From Mesotaenium endlicherianum (lineage: Eukaryota), in the NCBI GenBank assembly GCA_009602735.1, contig WELA01003159.1, positions 184,284-217,511 on the forward strand: a stretch of DNA of 33,228 nt. The letters run 5' to 3'. How positions within the stretch are numbered: the stretch's first letter is position 1; the number at the start of each line of letters is the position of its first letter. A model generated the notes under the pieces. It had not been told where the DNA came from, made no database searches, and saw only the letters and a list, made by a program, of their open reading frames with translations. The translations under genes were made by a program, and so were the position numbers. Below, piece by piece: positions 22,795 to 33,228 of this stretch.

Positions 22795-25308
22795 ATGAGA
22801 ACATTTCAGGCCCTACTGCTATCATCTCTGGCATGCTCGGCATGCTTCACATGCCTGGGTCTCGAGACTGGGGGAAGGAAAACGACCACTCCGAATGCGA
22901 CAACATGTGGCGCCCCCACAGGGCCAGCCACATGCCCCACGCCCCAAGTCGTCAACACCGTACAGCTGGACAAGTACGCCGGCCGGTGGTACGAGATTGC
23001 CTCCACCGCCCGCTTCAAGGTGCAGCGGGAGAATGGCCTCATATGCAACCAGGCCAGCTATGGCCTGCAGGCGCAGGCTGAGGGTTCCAACGCCTCCGCC
23101 TCAGTCAGCGTGCTCAACAGCGGCAAGCTCATCGCCGACCCCTTCACCACGAGCGCAGTCGTCTCCATTGCCAGCTCCAACAACGCCATCTGGAGGTCTG
23201 TCATCGCTCCAGAGCTCACGCACACGCACCCCACGACGGCCTGCTGCTGCATGAGTTGCACTGTGGAGCCAGTCCTGGCCCTGGATTGCCTGTTTCTGCC
23301 TCCCTGACCCGCCACGTGGCAGCTTGTGGCCGCTTGTGTGCACCCCCGCTGCAAGAGGGGCTCACACGCTTGTGCCTCTGTCGCATTGTCATTCTGTCTC
23401 CCGGTTGGCCGCTGCCTGGTTGCCACGCGTGGTGCCAGGTGCATGTCGATGGGTGTGCTCCGGCTTCTCGTGGGAATGATCACAACCTCCGGTGCTTCCT
23501 TCAAAAGAGTCATCGCATACGGATCTCTTGTGCTCGTTCACCTTCTGAGGCAGTAGCACGCACAAGAGAAGGAGCACTAGGAGCCCTGAATGTCCGAGAG
23601 ACAGGTGACCTAAATGTATATGAGCTTTGCTGGCCGTCTTTACAATGAGGATGACTGCTCGGTTCTTACCATGCTCCAAGCACGCAAAGCTATGCTCTCT
23701 GTCCCTATCGGGGCCCAGGCTGCAGCATATGGAGGGCGAGAAAGAGAGAGGCTTTTGCGAGCGAGCATGCCTGAGACTGATTAGTGGGACTCCGGCAGCA
23801 GCGCAGCTGCACCTGGTCGTGGCAGCCGGGCAGGCGAAAGTAGACCTGTGGCGGGCTCCACTGGGCTCCTCAGGGGTGTTAAAGAGTGTCTGTGGAGCCG
23901 TACTTGTACTTGCTACCGCAATTCATGCAGACACGTATGGGCTCGTGTTCACCGCTTGCAATACATTCATATATACATATATATATATATATAACGTGGT
24001 GAAGCTCCACGCCCACACGTGCCTTACTTACTATTCCATCTCTTGATAGTGACCGCCTTCCCTGCACCAGGCATCCGCTGCCAAGTGTCAGTCCCTGGAC
24101 TGAGGAGTCCACATAAGAAAATGTGACACACAATCCAAATGGTCAGCTCCTTCTCCCTCCAAAGACCGTAGCCATGATGGTACGTCGAGTCAGCATCTGG
24201 CTACCTCGTTGAACTCAAAAGACGGTACATCAGTGAACTGGCCCTCATGCTGTTGCTCACCTTTCTTGTTCCTTCTTTGCTGCCACCTGTCACCTCCGGC
24301 TGTGGACCCCGCTCCCTCTCACGACTTGGAGAATGCAGGGCAACCACGGCCATAAATGGCAACCTGAGAGGCATCGCTTGCGCCGTGGGGGCCGCCTACG
24401 CACCCGCTACCAGCGAAGGCCTGGCGATTGACGTGCAGACGCGCGCGCAGGTGGCAGCGGGCCTGGACGCCATCGCGGCGGCGCTGCAGTCCAGCTGGCA
24501 GGCCGTGGAGCGCCTGCAGAAGATCTCCGCCGAGGTGGCGGCCGCCGAGGGCAGGCTGAGCCAGCAGCGCGCGCCAGGTGTCCAGCAGGTCGCCCCTGCC
24601 CTCAACGCCACCCTCGGCGCGCCCCTGAGCGCGGCGTGCGCGCAGATCGGCGAGTCCATGGCCAGGGTGCGCGCGAGCGTCGCCACCGTCACGGACCTGG
24701 CGGTGCGGGCGGGCCTCGACTACGCGTCCGCCTCCTCCTCCACCGCCGGATCGCCGATCGACGGCGCGCGGTCGGCGGTGAACCGCGCCGAGGGGCTCGT
24801 CGCCTACATCGTCGCGGCAGACCGCGCGATGAACCTCACGGCTGCCGTCGATTCTGAGATCGCAGACGTCCGCATCGCAGGCTCGCAGATCCAGCAGGCA
24901 GCGGGGAACGCGGCGGCGACAGCCTTCAGCCTTCCCCTGGGGGGGGTCTACACGCCTGTGCTGGGGCAGGCCACACAGGACCCGCAGGCGCCCGGGAAGC
25001 TCACGGTCAGCTTCCCCCTGTTTGGAGCTGCTCCCAGCGAGCCCAACTACTGGATCATCGGGCTCGATGGCGACGCACGCAAGGGCTATGAGGCGGCGCT
25101 CGTGTACTCGTGCGTCGAGGGCAGCGGGACGCCAGCTAGCGGCGGGTACGAGGAGTCGGCGTACTTTTTGTCGAGAAAGCCCACCCTGGAGCCGGGCACT
25201 CGTCGAAAGTTTCTGGGCCTTCTGCAAGACGGCGGCATCAGCCTGGCATCCGATAATAAGCTACTAGAGACGGAGCAGGACCCCACGCGGTGCGGGTATG
25301 AGGTCTAG
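22795..25308 (+). CDS. Secreted apolipoprotein D/Blc-like lipocalin interrupted by a ~220-aa Ala-rich helical insertion, ~456 aa; exons 22795-23195 and 24339-25308 (alternative in-frame ATG at 22741)
   Basis: Signal-like MRTFQALLLSSLACSACFTCLG; CPTPQVVNTVQLDKYAGRWYEIA (SCR1); ENGLICNQASY; after the insert GQA...PGKLTVSF, NYWIIGLD...YEAALVYSC (SCR2), FLSRKPTL (SCR3), TEQDPTRC. One phase-compatible GT-AG intron. Confidence 0.82.
23969..23993. repeat. (TA)n microsatellite in the lipocalin intron; a similar TA-rich tract lies at ~25432-25472
   Basis: atatatacatatatatatatatata. Confidence 0.7.
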
Positions 25309-26835
25309 TCTAGGGTTGGCAGTGGCAATTTAAAGTTCTTGTTCTCGATGGAATGACTTTGTTGATCCTGAATCCAAGACTGGCTGTTCACGTTCTCGCG
25401 TTATGTTGGCAACTCTTGGACGACATCGTGCATATATATGTATATATACACACATAATATATACATGTATGTAAGTGAATATATTTTCGCATTTATCCTT
25501 ATCTGACAAGAATGCAATGCATGATGGTGAACGACGGAGCCCCCATGTGTCGGCTTCAAATGGCAGTGGCCTGCCTGCAGTGCGGGACTGTGAGTTGAAA
25601 GGTTGCCTGCTTCACGCGCGTGCATGTGATGCCATCTCGTCACCATGTGATAAGACGTCTCCAGCTCACCAGTATGGAACAGTGCACATTGCAGTCAAGC
25701 AGTGGCGAAAACGCGCAGCGCAATCGATTGGAATGAACTGGCACCTACTGTGAACTTACTATGTGGGTACCCGAGATCCCAGAGCACCATAAAAGGCACC
25801 ATATGTATACTCAAGTTCTTAATTAGAGGTGTACTCTATGTGCTCAAAGGTGATCATTAATATTTGCATTCACGCAGAAAGTGATGGTGCTTTTTTGACA
25901 AACAGAGGTTCGACCTGAAGTATGTCATTGATCATTTTGATATGCGCCGCAAGTCTGTAAGCATGCGTGCCAAGACAAATTTGGCCCCAACGAGGAGGAA
26001 CATTAAACATCAAAAGTATGGTGATGTTACGAGCTGCTTAGCCTTCACCCGGTCCGATTCTATCCAGTATAGTGCTGTGTCTTCCCCACGTTATAGAAAC
26101 ATTAAGCCAAGGCCAAGAAAGATTGGTCAACCCGCATACAACCCAATGGAGCCCCATACTGCATGACGATGTCTAGAAGCCCACAAGGCAGCAAAAACAA
26201 GTGGAACAATTCCCCAGGTATATGCTGCTGATGCACCCAATTGTTGACCCCTGCAGACCTCCTGGGCAGCAAGTGCTGGATCAAGCCTGGAGCCAAACTC
26301 CGCTTGCAAAAAAAAATACACAAGCAGCTATTTACTTGCTCCTAGCTCCCATGTCGTGCTCCTTACACCCTATTCCAGAGATCTCGAGAGCTTGGTCAAA
26401 TTGGAAGGCGCGAGCATGCAGGGTATGCAGCTGGGATGCAATTTGGCCGCATAAAGGCATAGTGATCTTTCATTTTGAGATCAAAACCCACATGGAGGCT
26501 TGAACCTTTTCATTGCTTGACTAAAGCTCGGCCTGCTTCAGCCGCAAACCAATGCCGCATTTGTACATGGGTAAATGATCAGAGAACACGCCACAGACTG
26601 CTCATTCATTCACCTTTTTTTGTCTCCTCTACACCTGCTCTGCTCCCGTTCTATATGCTCCAAGATCAATTCAAGTGCCCCCCGTCGTCCATGAAACCCA
26701 ACGAGCGCGCTGCCTGCCTCCCCACGTGTTGACAGTGGTGTCCTCAGCCTATCCCGCAGGCACACTTGCTTCCAAAAAAAACTTAAAAGCCCGTGATGAC
26801 CACTCAAAAAAAAAACAACTGCATGTATTGGATCC

Positions 26836-32651
<5,816 letters not shown>

Positions 32652-33228
32652 CTGCACCTCACGCACCCAAGCGCGCATGCATGCATGCCCCCCCCACGCC
32701 ACGCAGCCAGGCCGGCCAACGCGCGCACATGCGCCCCCCGCGAAACAGGACAGCTGGCTCAGAGGTGCGCTCGCCCTACAGGTGGTGAAACCAATAGCCA
32801 GCCTACCTTCCTGCCTTTGCTCCCAAGCACTTCTCCTGCAGGCTGTGCCCCAATGCTACAACAGGCACAGCCACAGCCACAGCCAGCCACAGGGAAGAGA
32901 AGGCCACAGAAAAGAGTGCACAAGGCAGTCCGCAGACGAAGTAGCTACACCAAGAGAGAGCAAGGCTTTTGCAGAGAGAGAGAGAGAGGGAGAGAAAGAG
33001 AGGGGAAGGAGAGAGAGAGGAGGGGGAGGGAGCACGGGAGGGAGGCAGGAGGAGCAGATGAGAGGAAGAGAGGGTGGGTGAGACAGAGCGTGGAGCGGGC
33101 GAAGGTAGAACAAGAGGACGAGAGAGAAAAGAAGGAGCGCGAGCAAACAAGGGGGAGTGACCGACATGAACGTCCTGCGGGTTCCTCGAGGAGTCCCCCT
33201 CCGGGGGGAGGGGGGGGCGGGGGAAGGG

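Noticed and set aside
24319..25227. 302-aa minus-strand ORF
   Set aside because: Antisense shadow of GC-rich lipocalin exon 2.

Overview
Gene-dense eukaryotic nuclear DNA with GT-AG spliceosomal introns and three N-gaps. It is most likely from a streptophyte green alga or early-diverging plant; this is inferred from the plant-type eEF2 exon layout, a plant expp1-like protein and an intron-containing MurB with an N-terminal extension. Seven protein-coding genes were assembled by hand with consistent exon phases: (1) a 3'-truncated F-box/JmjC protein of the Arabidopsis JMJ21 type (-); (2) an intronless RMA1/RNF5-type membrane-anchored RING E3 ligase (+); (3) a complete 843-aa eEF2 (-); (4) a putatively plastid-targeted peptidoglycan enzyme MurB with a Cys-type active site (+); (5) an expp1-like secreted protein (+); (6) a secreted apolipoprotein-D-like lipocalin whose barrel is split by a ~220-aa Ala-rich helical insertion (+); (7) a 5'-truncated PRP2/DHX16/ESP3 DEAH splicing helicase (-). 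The split lipocalin is the most unusual object. Other observations are C-rich 5' and G-rich 3' intron ends lacking polypyrimidine tracts, GC content rising 5'->3' inside genes, and hairpins in the eEF2 5' UTR and at one eEF2 3' splice site. All family assignments come from recalled motifs; no searches were run.
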